Positions 18,431 to 28,127 of a DNA stretch of 64,000 nt are shown here, one piece after another. A model generated the notes under the pieces. That model searched no databases. It saw only the letters and a program-made list of their open reading frames with translations, and had not been told where the DNA came from. The stretch is from a virus. Where the stretch lies: IMG/VR virus record IMGVR_UViG_3300028196_001473. The stretch is one strand, 5' to 3'. The number at the start of each line of letters is the position of its first letter. The first letter of the stretch is position 1. The position numbers were made by a program, and so were the translations under genes.

Positions 18431-19082
18431 ACACATAGACGACTCAATTAGGTGGGGTGAAAGAGAAGTATCTAAACTTAACCAAGATGTATTGAATATT
18501 CACGGAATTACAAGTAACAAAGTAAGATCGTTACTCAACAACATATGTTCAATAGAGGGGACGTATTTAGAGGTTGGTGTTTTTAGAGGTGCAACGTTCT
18601 GTTCCGCCATTTATAATAATGATAAACTACACGCTATAGGTATTGATAACTTCGCATCACCTAACTTAATGCCGATGGGTGTTAGTCAAAAATTGGCATC
18701 GTACTTAAAACAAGGGTTAGATGTAACACCACAGGAAAACTTCATAGATAATGTTAATCGGTTTGGGGATCCCGATAGGTTGGATATATACAAAACAGAT
18801 TATACAACCTTTGATTATTCCCAACTACCTAAATTAGATATTGTTTTCTATGATGGGGACACTAAGTTTCACGATCAGTATGTTACACTTAAAAAATTAA
18901 TCCCTCAATTCTCAGACAAGACAATACTGATAATGGACGATTGGAATTGGGATAGTGGAGCACTTTATAGAATCATAGACGAGGAAAAATTGTTTGTATC
19001 ACACCAAAAAGAAATCTTTACTAAGGGTGAGGATATGAAAGACTTTTGGAATGGAATTGGGGTATTTCTTTTAGAAAAGTAG
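18417..19082 (+). CDS. Class I SAM-dependent methyltransferase (Methyltransf_24-like)
   Basis: YLEVGVFRGAT motif I, IGIDNF, VFYDGD, ILIMDD. Confidence 0.85.
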   Translation: MDLIKHIDDSIRWGEREVSKLNQDVLNIHGITSNKVRSLLNNICSIEGTYLEVGVFRGATFCSAIYNNDKLHAIGIDNFASPNLMPMGVSQKLASYLKQGLDVTPQENFIDNVNRFGDPDRLDIYKTDYTTFDYSQLPKLDIVFYDGDTKFHDQYVTLKKLIPQFSDKTILIMDDWNWDSGALYRIIDEEKLFVSHQKEIFTKGEDMKDFWNGIGVFLLEK

Positions 19083-19131
19083 TTGACTTTCATATAAAAT
19101 TTATTTAAATTATCGTTAAATACTTTAAAAA

Positions 19132-19989
19132 ATGAACAGAATATTAATATTATTATTAATCACATTATCTACCAATCAGGTCTTCGCACAATACACTTCG
19201 AGATCTCTAAATAACGGTCAAAAAGACAGTACAGAAGTGAAGTCACTTGATGAAGTGGTGGTCACAGCTAAAAAATATTCCCAATTTGAGTTGGTTGGTG
19301 AGAATAAACAACCCGCGTGGACTCTTGTTAGAAAATTTCCAGCAACAAGAACTTACATAATGGTACCTAAAGGTACTGTAATGTATGAAAAATGGTTTGA
19401 CATGAGAACACCAAGAGGTGGTGATCCTACAGAGGTTAGGATGAGAGATGAGTTTGCATTTGGATTAGCCGAAAGATTAGAATTAGATTTATATATTCAT
19501 ACCGTCTATAAATCAGGTGGTTATGAATCCTCGTTTGGGTTCAGAGGGTTCTCATGGGAAATAAGATACGCACTGGCGGAGTGGGGTAAGATATGGGGTA
19601 ACCCAACACTATATTTCGAACATAAATTATTAGATGGAAAGTACCAAGGTATTGAACCTAAAATACTTTTGGGTGATAGGATTGGAAAGAAGGGTATATG
19701 GGGTGTAAATCTTATTTATGAGGCATATACGGCACCTAATAGAGAGGATCAAAAAAGACAGTACGCATATACCGCATCTTACGGTAGTATAATTAATGAC
19801 GATCTAACCATAGGAATTTCAAATATGTTTAGACATAATGATGTAGATGGTTCAAATGAATGGTATGTTGGACCCGCTGTACAATATAGGTTTAATGGAA
19901 ACTCCTACCTTAACTTTGAGATACTACCAGGATTAAATCAAGACGCTAAAAAATTTAGAAATACCCTTATATTTGGATGGAGGTTTTAA
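19132..19989 (+). CDS. Exported outer-membrane beta-barrel-like protein
   Basis: Signal peptide MNRILILLLITLSTNQVFA; LDEVVVTA motif; alternating aromatic beta-strands; C-terminal FGWRF. Confidence 0.6.
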   Translation: MNRILILLLITLSTNQVFAQYTSRSLNNGQKDSTEVKSLDEVVVTAKKYSQFELVGENKQPAWTLVRKFPATRTYIMVPKGTVMYEKWFDMRTPRGGDPTEVRMRDEFAFGLAERLELDLYIHTVYKSGGYESSFGFRGFSWEIRYALAEWGKIWGNPTLYFEHKLLDGKYQGIEPKILLGDRIGKKGIWGVNLIYEAYTAPNREDQKRQYAYTASYGSIINDDLTIGISNMFRHNDVDGSNEWYVGPAVQYRFNGNSYLNFEILPGLNQDAKKFRNTLIFGWRF

Positions 19990-20990
19990 CGAATAACCAA
20001 CACTTCCTAATTTACCTCTCATTTATAATGGTAATAACGGGAATCTTAAAAGAAAAGGGTTACCTATTAGATGTGTTTAGTTTAATACTAAAAACAGTTA
20101 AATCCAAGAAGGTCGTCTTATTTTTAATATCTTTATTTGGTGGGATATTACCCATACCTGGTAGGGTTGCGGTTTCAGCGGGTATACTCGACACCGTTGC
20201 ACCCAAAGATAAACAAGGGAGAGAAAATTACGGAATAATTGACTACCTATCAACACACCATTATTACATATGGTCACCATTAGAAAAAACAGTCATAATA
20301 CCTATGGCCATTTTAGGTGTTACGTATGGTGAATTAATGGGTATGGTGTATCCATTACTTATAATATCTATACTTGTAATAGGTGTATACATTTACAAAT
20401 TCCAAGACGGAAACATTGAAATACCAAAACATCATCAGGTCAATTATAAGAACATATATTCAATATTCCTACCCTTCATACTAACATTAGTATTGGCGGG
20501 TCTAACGGATCGTTATTTACCTTTATTTTGTGGATTCACCCTTTACTTAGTAAGTTACTCCAACTCGTGGGGTAAATTATTAAAACACGTTAGATGGAGA
20601 TTAGTTTTAAGTGTGGGTATTGTGATTATTGTTTCTAATCTTATTTCATTATATGGTAATGAAATAAAGACTAATTTAGGTGGGGTTACATCCGACCATA
20701 ATATACTCTTAGTTGGTACGTTATGTTTTATAGGTTCTTTTCTATTAGGGTCATCAGGGAAGTACGCAGGGATAGTTTCATTAGTGACCTCCATTATGGG
20801 AATACAATATTTTCTATTCTTATTTACCATGTGCTATTCAGGTTACCTTTTATCTCCAACACATAAATGTATATATATTGGACAACAGTATTTTGGTACT
20901 CCAATTAAAAAATATTTATTATCCATTTCGGTTTGGGTAATAATTATGATTGTCTATAGTTCTTTAGACTTGACTTTTACAATTAAATAA
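19977..20990 (+). CDS. Polytopic inner-membrane protein, DUF401/ion-transporter-superfamily-like
   Basis: About ten hydrophobic segments; GILPIPG, STHHYYIWSP and SPTHKC motifs. Confidence 0.55.
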   Translation: MEVLTNNQHFLIYLSFIMVITGILKEKGYLLDVFSLILKTVKSKKVVLFLISLFGGILPIPGRVAVSAGILDTVAPKDKQGRENYGIIDYLSTHHYYIWSPLEKTVIIPMAILGVTYGELMGMVYPLLIISILVIGVYIYKFQDGNIEIPKHHQVNYKNIYSIFLPFILTLVLAGLTDRYLPLFCGFTLYLVSYSNSWGKLLKHVRWRLVLSVGIVIIVSNLISLYGNEIKTNLGGVTSDHNILLVGTLCFIGSFLLGSSGKYAGIVSLVTSIMGIQYFLFLFTMCYSGYLLSPTHKCIYIGQQYFGTPIKKYLLSISVWVIIMIVYSSLDLTFTIK

Positions 20991-21014
20991 ACTATATTTC
21001 TAAAAAATAACATT

Positions 21015-21458
21015 ATGTCAACAAAGTTAACAATCGATCAAATCCTACAATTGGACGCAGAAATAAATGGGTATACTAATCCTCAAAACGGTGAAGTAAT
21101 CTATGAAGGTTTTGCAGCACAACCACTATCAATCTTATTGAAGTATGAACTTAGAGAACTCTCTGAGAAATTAAAAGATGAAAGAGGTAAAGTTGATGAA
21201 CTAAGAAACGAACTAATTGAAAAGTTTGGTGAGAAAACAGAAGAAGGTGGTGTACAAATAACACCAACAATCGAAAAAAAGAAAGGGAAGAAAACTGAAA
21301 CGGTTAAAAATCCTAAGTATGTAGAATTCTTAAATGAATATAATAAGTTACTTACTAAAGAGATAGAATTGGATCACCCAGTAATCACTAAGGACGACCT
21401 TAAAGATGCGGGTAAAACAAAAGACCAATACAATATCTTATTTAATTTAGTGGGGTAG
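21015..21458 (+). CDS. Hypothetical helical phage protein (DUF1617-like)
   Basis: DELRNELIEKFGEK...EYNKLLTKEIEL pattern; last gene of the plus-strand run. Confidence 0.45.
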   Translation: MSTKLTIDQILQLDAEINGYTNPQNGEVIYEGFAAQPLSILLKYELRELSEKLKDERGKVDELRNELIEKFGEKTEEGGVQITPTIEKKKGKKTETVKNPKYVEFLNEYNKLLTKEIELDHPVITKDDLKDAGKTKDQYNILFNLVG

Positions 21459-21459
21459 T

Positions 21460-22560
21460 TTAAACTTTCTTTTTAATTATGATTTTCAAATTTCCGATTT
21501 GATATTCTCCTACATCGTAGTGTGGAATTGATAATCGGATTTTGTTTATTACATGAAGATCTTCCTCGTTCATTATTTCGGTCTCAATGATCATTACATC
21601 CACAACATCACATAATAAAAATTTAGATCTTAAATCATAGTTAGTGTTAGGTTGTTCATTTGCAATATATTCGGTGGGTGCAGTACCACCTAAATATAGT
21701 TTATCAAAATAAGGTTCCAACCTATATAAGTGTTTGTCACTCCTTAATTCAATACCCATATTAAACGTCGGATAATTAAAAATTTCATCTTCCCAATAAT
21801 ACAGTTCGTTGAATGTCGGTATTGTGATACCCCATTTACGTATAAAGTTACGTATGTTTCTGTGTTCACTTAATTTACTTTCTTCGGACCGCAACACTCT
21901 ACTTGTTTTAGAAACAAAATGATATACTACAGCACACTCTGTTGTTTTAAGTGAGTAACCTTTTAATTTGGATCTAATAATGAAATCATCATCTTCACAG
22001 AAAAAAGGATCAAAAGTAAAACCATCAAATAAACCAACATCAATAAACGTTTTCTTATAACCCGACATAAAAAATGTACCCCCATTAACTAAGTCCTTTC
22101 TTTCCTTAACTTTGTCAACGTATTGGTCAAATAAGTGATAATTAAAATCGTTGAATCCTCTACCCAATTCTAATATAACTTTACCAGGTCTTTTATGTCC
22201 TTTAAAAATTGGGGGTTCAATAGTGGTATACGTGATAAGAGACTTTTCATCAATCAGTTCCGATAGATTCTCTAAAAAATTCTTACCGATCACCATATCA
22301 TTATGAATCAAAACCAACTTATCGGTATCAACTAACTTGATGGCCGAATTATAATTGTCTGAGAAAGTTAATTGATCGTCATCATGTATATAGGAAAGGT
22401 TATCGTCATCCAAAGACTGTAACCAATCTAACGTACCATCTGTAGATCCACCACTACTAATAACCATAGGAGCGTCAGGGTATATATCTCTTACCCTTTG
22501 ATATGTATTCTTGGTATAGTCTAAGTTATTAAAAACAGCAAGTACTAAAGAGATATCCAT
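21460..22560 (-). CDS. Glycosyltransferase family 2
   Basis: ISLVLAVFN start, LIHNDMV (DxD-like), FFCEDDDFIIR, VYHFVSKT. Confidence 0.85.
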   Translation of the reverse strand: MDISLVLAVFNNLDYTKNTYQRVRDIYPDAPMVISSGGSTDGTLDWLQSLDDDNLSYIHDDDQLTFSDNYNSAIKLVDTDKLVLIHNDMVIGKNFLENLSELIDEKSLITYTTIEPPIFKGHKRPGKVILELGRGFNDFNYHLFDQYVDKVKERKDLVNGGTFFMSGYKKTFIDVGLFDGFTFDPFFCEDDDFIIRSKLKGYSLKTTECAVVYHFVSKTSRVLRSEESKLSEHRNIRNFIRKWGITIPTFNELYYWEDEIFNYPTFNMGIELRSDKHLYRLEPYFDKLYLGGTAPTEYIANEQPNTNYDLRSKFLLCDVVDVMIIETEIMNEEDLHVINKIRLSIPHYDVGEYQIGNLKIIIKKKV

Positions 22561-23192
22561 TATTTATTGGTGTTATCGAATATTGAAATGAATAGTCGTT
22601 CGAAGATCCACGGACCTAATACTTTATTGATACATAATTCATTAGCCCTTTTATAAAACTCCACACTTCTCATTCTAATAGTCTCTCTACTAACCGCAAA
22701 TATTGCACCGGCGGTAAATGGATATAGTTCAAGAGGTGGATCTTCAAATAGTTCTACCCAAACACCATTTATATCCATACCTCCGTGATGGGGAGTCCCG
22801 TCTGGTCTCGAATGTAAAACTCTTTTAAAGGGACCATCACTAAAAAATAGTAATTGATTAGGTTTTTCAAAAACTATTGATTTGGTGGTATTTGGAAATT
22901 CTTTTAAGATCTCTTTGTAATTTCTAACGTGATCAAATGGGTGCCCTTGAGTAAAGAATACCCACTCACCTAAATTATCATAATTTTTTATTATGTGGGT
23001 TAGATACGTGTTACCTTCTCGACCAACGTTAGGTAAATTAATTGAACCTTCGATAGGTTCCCCTTTATTATATAAGAAAATTCTATAATCAGAAAACTCC
23101 GATAACCAAGTTATGTCTTCTCTATATCTACTTACAATTAAATCACCTTTGTAGTTCATCATAATAGTTATTTTGTTTCTCTTGTCGATCAA
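22560..23192 (-). CDS. DUF3431-like protein
   Basis: IVSRYREDITWL, LPNVGREGNTYLTHII, FFTQGHPFDH, PWIFERL. Confidence 0.7.
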   Translation of the reverse strand: MIDKRNKITIMMNYKGDLIVSRYREDITWLSEFSDYRIFLYNKGEPIEGSINLPNVGREGNTYLTHIIKNYDNLGEWVFFTQGHPFDHVRNYKEILKEFPNTTKSIVFEKPNQLLFFSDGPFKRVLHSRPDGTPHHGGMDINGVWVELFEDPPLELYPFTAGAIFAVSRETIRMRSVEFYKRANELCINKVLGPWIFERLFISIFDNTNK

Positions 23193-23772
23193 TATTCTTA
23201 TGATGTATTAAAGAAAATGATTCATCTTCAGGTAAGTTAGTGTACGTATTATAATTTACTAACCTCTCATGTACTTTACCGTACCATCTTATTCTACTCT
23301 CTCTTTTCCATATTCTTGCTTGAGAGTCAGGAAAATTAACCCACCCTTTTGAGTTGACATTCCATTTCCATTTCTTAATGTGTTCGTCAGTTAAACCTTC
23401 GACAGTATTCACTCTTGAAACTAAAAATACTTCGTTCTTAGGGTTCGCATCAATTATTGTTGGTAGGTAATTAATTAAATTTAAATGAGGTATTTCGTCC
23501 GCATCAATTTGAAAAATGTAATCACCCTCACAATAGTCTAATAATTTATTCTTCCACTCACCAAAATGACCATCAAAATAACCCCTCCACATTTGGAAGT
23601 TGGGTAATTTATTGTGTTTAACCAACCACTCGGCGATTTCATCAGAACCATTTTTTTGGTCATATAAAACCACTATGTTGTCACTTGGTCTTTTATTCCT
23701 AAGTAGAAATCCGACTAAACGTTTTATTTCCTCAAATTCATTACAGACAGTAATTGCGTAAGTAATTTTCAT
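23143..23772 (-). CDS. Glycosyltransferase family 2
   Basis: ITYAITVCNE, YIFQIDADE (DxD), WYGKVHERL. Confidence 0.85.
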   Translation of the reverse strand: MKITYAITVCNEFEEIKRLVGFLLRNKRPSDNIVVLYDQKNGSDEIAEWLVKHNKLPNFQMWRGYFDGHFGEWKNKLLDYCEGDYIFQIDADEIPHLNLINYLPTIIDANPKNEVFLVSRVNTVEGLTDEHIKKWKWNVNSKGWVNFPDSQARIWKRESRIRWYGKVHERLVNYNTYTNLPEDESFSLIHHKNIDRQEKQNNYYDELQR

Positions 23773-24621
23773 TTATAGGGTTTTTATATAGTCTTCCAAT
23801 CTATCTTTAGGTGACCAACCTAATTTATTTAAAGTATCGTCATTCTCTCTTTTAGTGGATCTATAGTTACCTGGTTGATCAGGTATGTTAATTTTTGGAT
23901 GATCACCAAACCTTTCAGTAAACATATTGTAAACCTGATTTATCGAGTAGTTCATACCTGTCCCCAATTCCCATGCATCCTCATGTTTTTCATTCCCTGT
24001 ACCCACTTTATAAAGTGCGTCAACAATGTCAATGACATGAGTGAAATCTCTTCTTTGTTCCCCATCACCAACTATCGTAATAGGTTCCCCTTTTGATACT
24101 TGGTGTCTCCATATACCTATCACTGCAGCCCATGTACCATCCACCAATTCGTTAGGGCCATACACGTTATAAAATCTACAGATTTCGAAGTCACAACCAT
24201 AAGCGGTTCTGTACATTTTGAATATATCTTCACCTGTTCTCTTATAAGTTGCATACGGAGATGTTTGAGGGTTGCACCATCTTGAGGAGGAACCCGCATA
24301 AACCACTTTAATATTGTTTTCCTTAGCCCAATCAGCAACATACTGACAACCACCAGCATTAACTCTAAATGTTTCAGTAGGATCATCAAACGAGGGTTGT
24401 ATTCTTGACAACGCAGCTAAATGATAACATATGTCAAAATTACCACCTATCGAATTGATTTGTTCAATGTCATTGTAATGGTAATCACACCCATCTATTT
24501 CGTATTCCTTTAATCCCGTGGATAAATCATCAATTGAAGATACTTCATGTCCCTCACTCAATAATCTACCAATTAGGTTAGAACCAATAAATCCATTCCC
24601 ACCTGTTACTAATATTTTCAT
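23773..24621 (-). CDS. NAD-dependent epimerase/dehydratase (extended SDR)
   Basis: ILVTGGNGFIG, HLAA, YATYK (YxxxK), RFYNVYGP, RRDFTHV. Confidence 0.9.
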   Translation of the reverse strand: MKILVTGGNGFIGSNLIGRLLSEGHEVSSIDDLSTGLKEYEIDGCDYHYNDIEQINSIGGNFDICYHLAALSRIQPSFDDPTETFRVNAGGCQYVADWAKENNIKVVYAGSSSRWCNPQTSPYATYKRTGEDIFKMYRTAYGCDFEICRFYNVYGPNELVDGTWAAVIGIWRHQVSKGEPITIVGDGEQRRDFTHVIDIVDALYKVGTGNEKHEDAWELGTGMNYSINQVYNMFTERFGDHPKINIPDQPGNYRSTKRENDDTLNKLGWSPKDRLEDYIKTL

Positions 24622-24622
24622 A

Positions 24623-25888
24623 CTATTCTTCTATTTTTTTTAACTCAGGTAAAACCAATTTAGTTTTCTTTGGTTTAACCGCGTTTATTATTACTGATTT
24701 TAAAATATCTTTAAACTTGACTGTCGTTGATTCTAAAGAGAAGTTACTTTCATTATCTTCTTTAAGAAGTTTAGACTTTTCTAAGAACTCTTCATACTTG
24801 TCTTTCACAATTTTAAACACCTCAACAACTTCACCGTAATTACATGTAAACCATTTAGATTCTTTAAGTATGAAATCATCTGAGGCACTCTCATGTACGT
24901 TGGTTAATTTACCACCTAACATTATTGCCTTATCCATTGGTAGGAAATCTTTGTGACCCGACCAATTAGACGCAATTATCGGTTTACCCGTCATAGAAAA
25001 TTCTAACAGGGGTCTTCCAAATCCTTCACCCTTTGTTAGAGTTACCATTGACTTTACTTTAGGGTGATTATATAGGTCATTCATCTCATCATCGGTAAGT
25101 TGCCCAAATAACAAATAAATGTTAGGTGGGTTACTATAAGACGATGTAATCCTCTGTATCTTCTTTCTCATCACTTCCCTTTGTTTAATTGAGAAGTTAG
25201 CACTGGATGTCTTTAAAATTAATCCAGGAGAATCATCAACACCGTTAAACGAATCACAGAAACACTTAATTAACATACCTACGTCTTTCCTGTCTTGTCC
25301 GATGTCACCCTTTAACCAATGACCAACAAATAAGTAATTAAAATCATCTTCTAAGTCTAACTCTAAGTCTGATTCTTTCTCATAGTATATTGAAGTATCC
25401 ACACCTTCATGAAGAACTTCTAAATCTACATTTATTTTATGTTGAGAGATTAACTTACCCGTTACTTTATCTGTTTCGTTATAGACGGTTTGTAGTAAAA
25501 CATCTCTTGAGAAGGTGGATGTGGTTATAACCTTATCCATTCTATTTATCCCATCTATCCATTCCTTAGGTGCTGCGGTGGTTTCTATCCCCGCTGTGAC
25601 ACCAATATTATACTTACCTTTCCGTTGAAATTCATTAGGTACGGTCACTTGGATATACACGTCAGGTATGAAATCTAAACTACTTACAATGTTTTCCTCT
25701 ATCCAAGTGTGAAATAAATTTACCTCGGGTTCTAAAGCAGTCATGGGGGTCTTACCCCAATTACAACTGTCAATGTATATGTCAAATGAGTCCATATCAT
25801 ATAAGGACTTTAACAAATCTCTTGAGTGAGAACCATAACCACTTAAGGTCTTAATTGGTCCTCTAAATAATAGTTTCTGTTTAATCAT
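24623..25888 (-). CDS. Glycosyltransferase family 4 (GT-B)
   Basis: TLSGYG, KGEGFGRPLLEFSMTGKPIIASNWSGH. Confidence 0.85.
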   Translation of the reverse strand: MIKQKLLFRGPIKTLSGYGSHSRDLLKSLYDMDSFDIYIDSCNWGKTPMTALEPEVNLFHTWIEENIVSSLDFIPDVYIQVTVPNEFQRKGKYNIGVTAGIETTAAPKEWIDGINRMDKVITTSTFSRDVLLQTVYNETDKVTGKLISQHKINVDLEVLHEGVDTSIYYEKESDLELDLEDDFNYLFVGHWLKGDIGQDRKDVGMLIKCFCDSFNGVDDSPGLILKTSSANFSIKQREVMRKKIQRITSSYSNPPNIYLLFGQLTDDEMNDLYNHPKVKSMVTLTKGEGFGRPLLEFSMTGKPIIASNWSGHKDFLPMDKAIMLGGKLTNVHESASDDFILKESKWFTCNYGEVVEVFKIVKDKYEEFLEKSKLLKEDNESNFSLESTTVKFKDILKSVIINAVKPKKTKLVLPELKKIEE

Positions 25889-25904
25889 ATAATTTTAAAT
25901 AAAC

Positions 25905-26117
25905 CTAATCTATTGGAAAATACTTATCCAATGTTGATAATTTATCGTCAGCATCTACCAGCATTGATAATGCCTCTTCTGCGTTTTTATAGAAGTCACC
26001 TGTTGAGTGGTCTCCGATACCCGACCCTTTAGTTCCTAAAAGATCTAAAGTTAAGAGTGCCTTTGATTTCTCCGCCAACGCACCCGTCCTTAACATTTCT
26101 ATTAATTTTTCATTCAT
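25905..26117 (-). CDS. Hypothetical protein
   Basis: 70-aa ORF in the same minus-strand run. Confidence 0.55.
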   Translation of the reverse strand: MNEKLIEMLRTGALAEKSKALLTLDLLGTKGSGIGDHSTGDFYKNAEEALSMLVDADDKLSTLDKYFPID

Positions 26118-26131
26118 ATTATAGTTTTTAA

Positions 26132-27514
26132 TTATGTTATTTTAAATAATTCAAATTTGTTCTTAGGGGTGAATTTGGATAATGATTTCTCAATACCTTT
26201 AACTAATGAATTACACATAGTCTTGGTTGAGAAGTTTTTTACCATATATTTTCTTCCTACGAGTCCTCGTCTCTTTCTTTCATCTCTACCTAAATTGTAC
26301 ATTTCTCTTATAGAAGAAACAACATCATAGTGATTAATACGGTCATCAAAAATATAAGGGGTATTAACTGACCCATTTAGTGTTGTTGATGCTGGCCATA
26401 CAGGACTTACCCACTCACCATGAGTAACTTTACCTTCCCACTTCTTAGGGTCATGGAGTGTACCTATCTCTATGTAGTCATCGGCCGTTATTAACTTACC
26501 ATCCAATTCAAATCCACACTGGTCCTGTAATCCACCAGTGACATTTACTATTATTGGAGTACCACACATTACAGATTCAGCAGTGGTCAAACCAAAACCT
26601 TCATTGTTTGCAATGTTAATAGTACAATCAACTGTATTATAAATTCTATTTAACTTGTCCTGATCAAACTTGTCGTTAGTAAATTTTACATCATACTTAG
26701 GACACAACTCATTAACGACCGCAACTAAGTCAGTTCCGTTTTTATCTATAGACCTCGTATGCATTAGGAGTAAACATTTACTTGATTCTTCTTCAGTAAG
26801 TGTGTCACAAAATGTTTTGTATGAGTATATTACATCGGACGGTTGTTTACGTTTAATATTTCTATTATTAAAGAACAATATAAAATCATAGTCTTTGTCG
26901 CCGTGTATAAATTTCCTCATTTCATCATCAACCTCTACAGGTTTAAAAGTTTCAGGATTTATACCGTGAGGTACATAACTGACTTGCCACTTCTTCAATG
27001 GTTTATGAGTGACCTCCCTATTTGACATACCAACCCTATTAACTATACCATAGGTTTGTTTTGAAATACAACCTAACCAATCACAAGATTCGTAGTAATC
27101 CCTATTATAATAAGGATCTGGTAAGTCATCCCATATATGGTAAAAGAAAATGGGGATCTGTTGTCTTATTTCGTGCTCACTGTCGTATAACCATTGCCAA
27201 TAGTGTGGATCAGTAAAATGTAAAATTGCGTCAGGTTTCTCAATTGAAATTAATTCCCGTAACCTCTCAATATTACCATAGCCGTTTGAGGGATATATTT
27301 TTACACTTGCGTCTTTTACTCCTGTTTTATTTCGTACATCGGAATTAAGATCAACAATTTTACCAAACTCAGGGTGTTTTATAGCGGCACCCAACTGAAC
27401 CCAATCAAATTTATCCACACTACCTATGACCATTTCTTTTGACATGGTCGCCACACCTGATGTCATTCTCATGTCATCAGATAAAAGTAAAATCTTTTTC
27501 TTACTCATACTCAT
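26132..27514 (-). CDS. Glycosyltransferase family 4 (GT-B)
   Basis: KILLLSDD, VPHGIN, NNRNIKRK, NEGFGLTTAESVMCGTPII. Confidence 0.85.
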   Translation of the reverse strand: MSMSKKKILLLSDDMRMTSGVATMSKEMVIGSVDKFDWVQLGAAIKHPEFGKIVDLNSDVRNKTGVKDASVKIYPSNGYGNIERLRELISIEKPDAILHFTDPHYWQWLYDSEHEIRQQIPIFFYHIWDDLPDPYYNRDYYESCDWLGCISKQTYGIVNRVGMSNREVTHKPLKKWQVSYVPHGINPETFKPVEVDDEMRKFIHGDKDYDFILFFNNRNIKRKQPSDVIYSYKTFCDTLTEEESSKCLLLMHTRSIDKNGTDLVAVVNELCPKYDVKFTNDKFDQDKLNRIYNTVDCTINIANNEGFGLTTAESVMCGTPIIVNVTGGLQDQCGFELDGKLITADDYIEIGTLHDPKKWEGKVTHGEWVSPVWPASTTLNGSVNTPYIFDDRINHYDVVSSIREMYNLGRDERKRRGLVGRKYMVKNFSTKTMCNSLVKGIEKSLSKFTPKNKFELFKIT

Positions 27515-27718
27515 TTAAAATCTTGAACCACTAACGGCTAATACATTATGACTATCAATCAAACTTCTAAACTCTTCATTAGTGTTATATAAATCTAAAG
27601 AACGATTTACCAATTTTTGAAAGTTGAGTCCGTCAGTCTCTATTGTTTTGATTCTGAATTGTTTGTAAGTGTTTTCTATAACGTTAACTGTAGTTAACTT
27701 TGTCTTTGCTTTACTCAT
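27515..27718 (-). CDS. Small putative DNA-binding protein (ribbon-helix-helix-like)
   Basis: LTTVNV strand followed by two helices (FQKLVNRSLDLY); first gene of the GT cluster. Confidence 0.4.
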   Translation of the reverse strand: MSKAKTKLTTVNVIENTYKQFRIKTIETDGLNFQKLVNRSLDLYNTNEEFRSLIDSHNVLAVSGSRF

Positions 27719-27752
27719 ACTTGTATATATTTCTATATATATAATTTATATC

Positions 27753-27787
27753 AAAAAAATACCACGGTAGGTTAATACTGTGGCATT
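27753..27787 (-). terminator. Intrinsic terminator after MGCGC peptide gene
   Basis: Minus strand AATGCCACAGTA-TTAACC-TACCGTGGTATT followed by a U-tract. Confidence 0.65.
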
Positions 27788-27816
27788 TAGTGGATTTATA
27801 ACTTCACGTCTGTGAG

Positions 27817-27942
27817 TTACGAATTTTTCTTAGCCTCCTCAACCTTAACTATAATAGGACTGTTTGGTCCCTGTTGGATAGTTTTAGTTGTAGTCTCATT
27901 AGTTGTTTGTTGTGTGTTCTTTTTTTTACATCCACATCCCAT
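27817..27942 (-). CDS. 41-aa peptide MGCGCKKK... (not in ORF track)
   Basis: Manual translation MGCGCKKKNTQQTTNETTTKTIQQGPNSPIIVKVEEAKKNS; TATTTAT upstream (28006-28012) and terminator downstream. Confidence 0.7.
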   Translation of the reverse strand: MGCGCKKKNTQQTTNETTTKTIQQGPNSPIIVKVEEAKKNS

Positions 27943-28127
27943 AATATAAAGTGTTTTATAATAATTATTCGGTTTTATTAAAAAGTAACGATACTTTTAT
28001 ACAGTATAAATATTTCTATAGTAATAATCAATAGTTAACATAAACAAAAGTTTTGTTTTATTTCCGTTGGGGGGTTTCTTTTCTCATTTATTTTCTGTAT
28101 ATTTTATTATAATCAAACTCAAATAGA

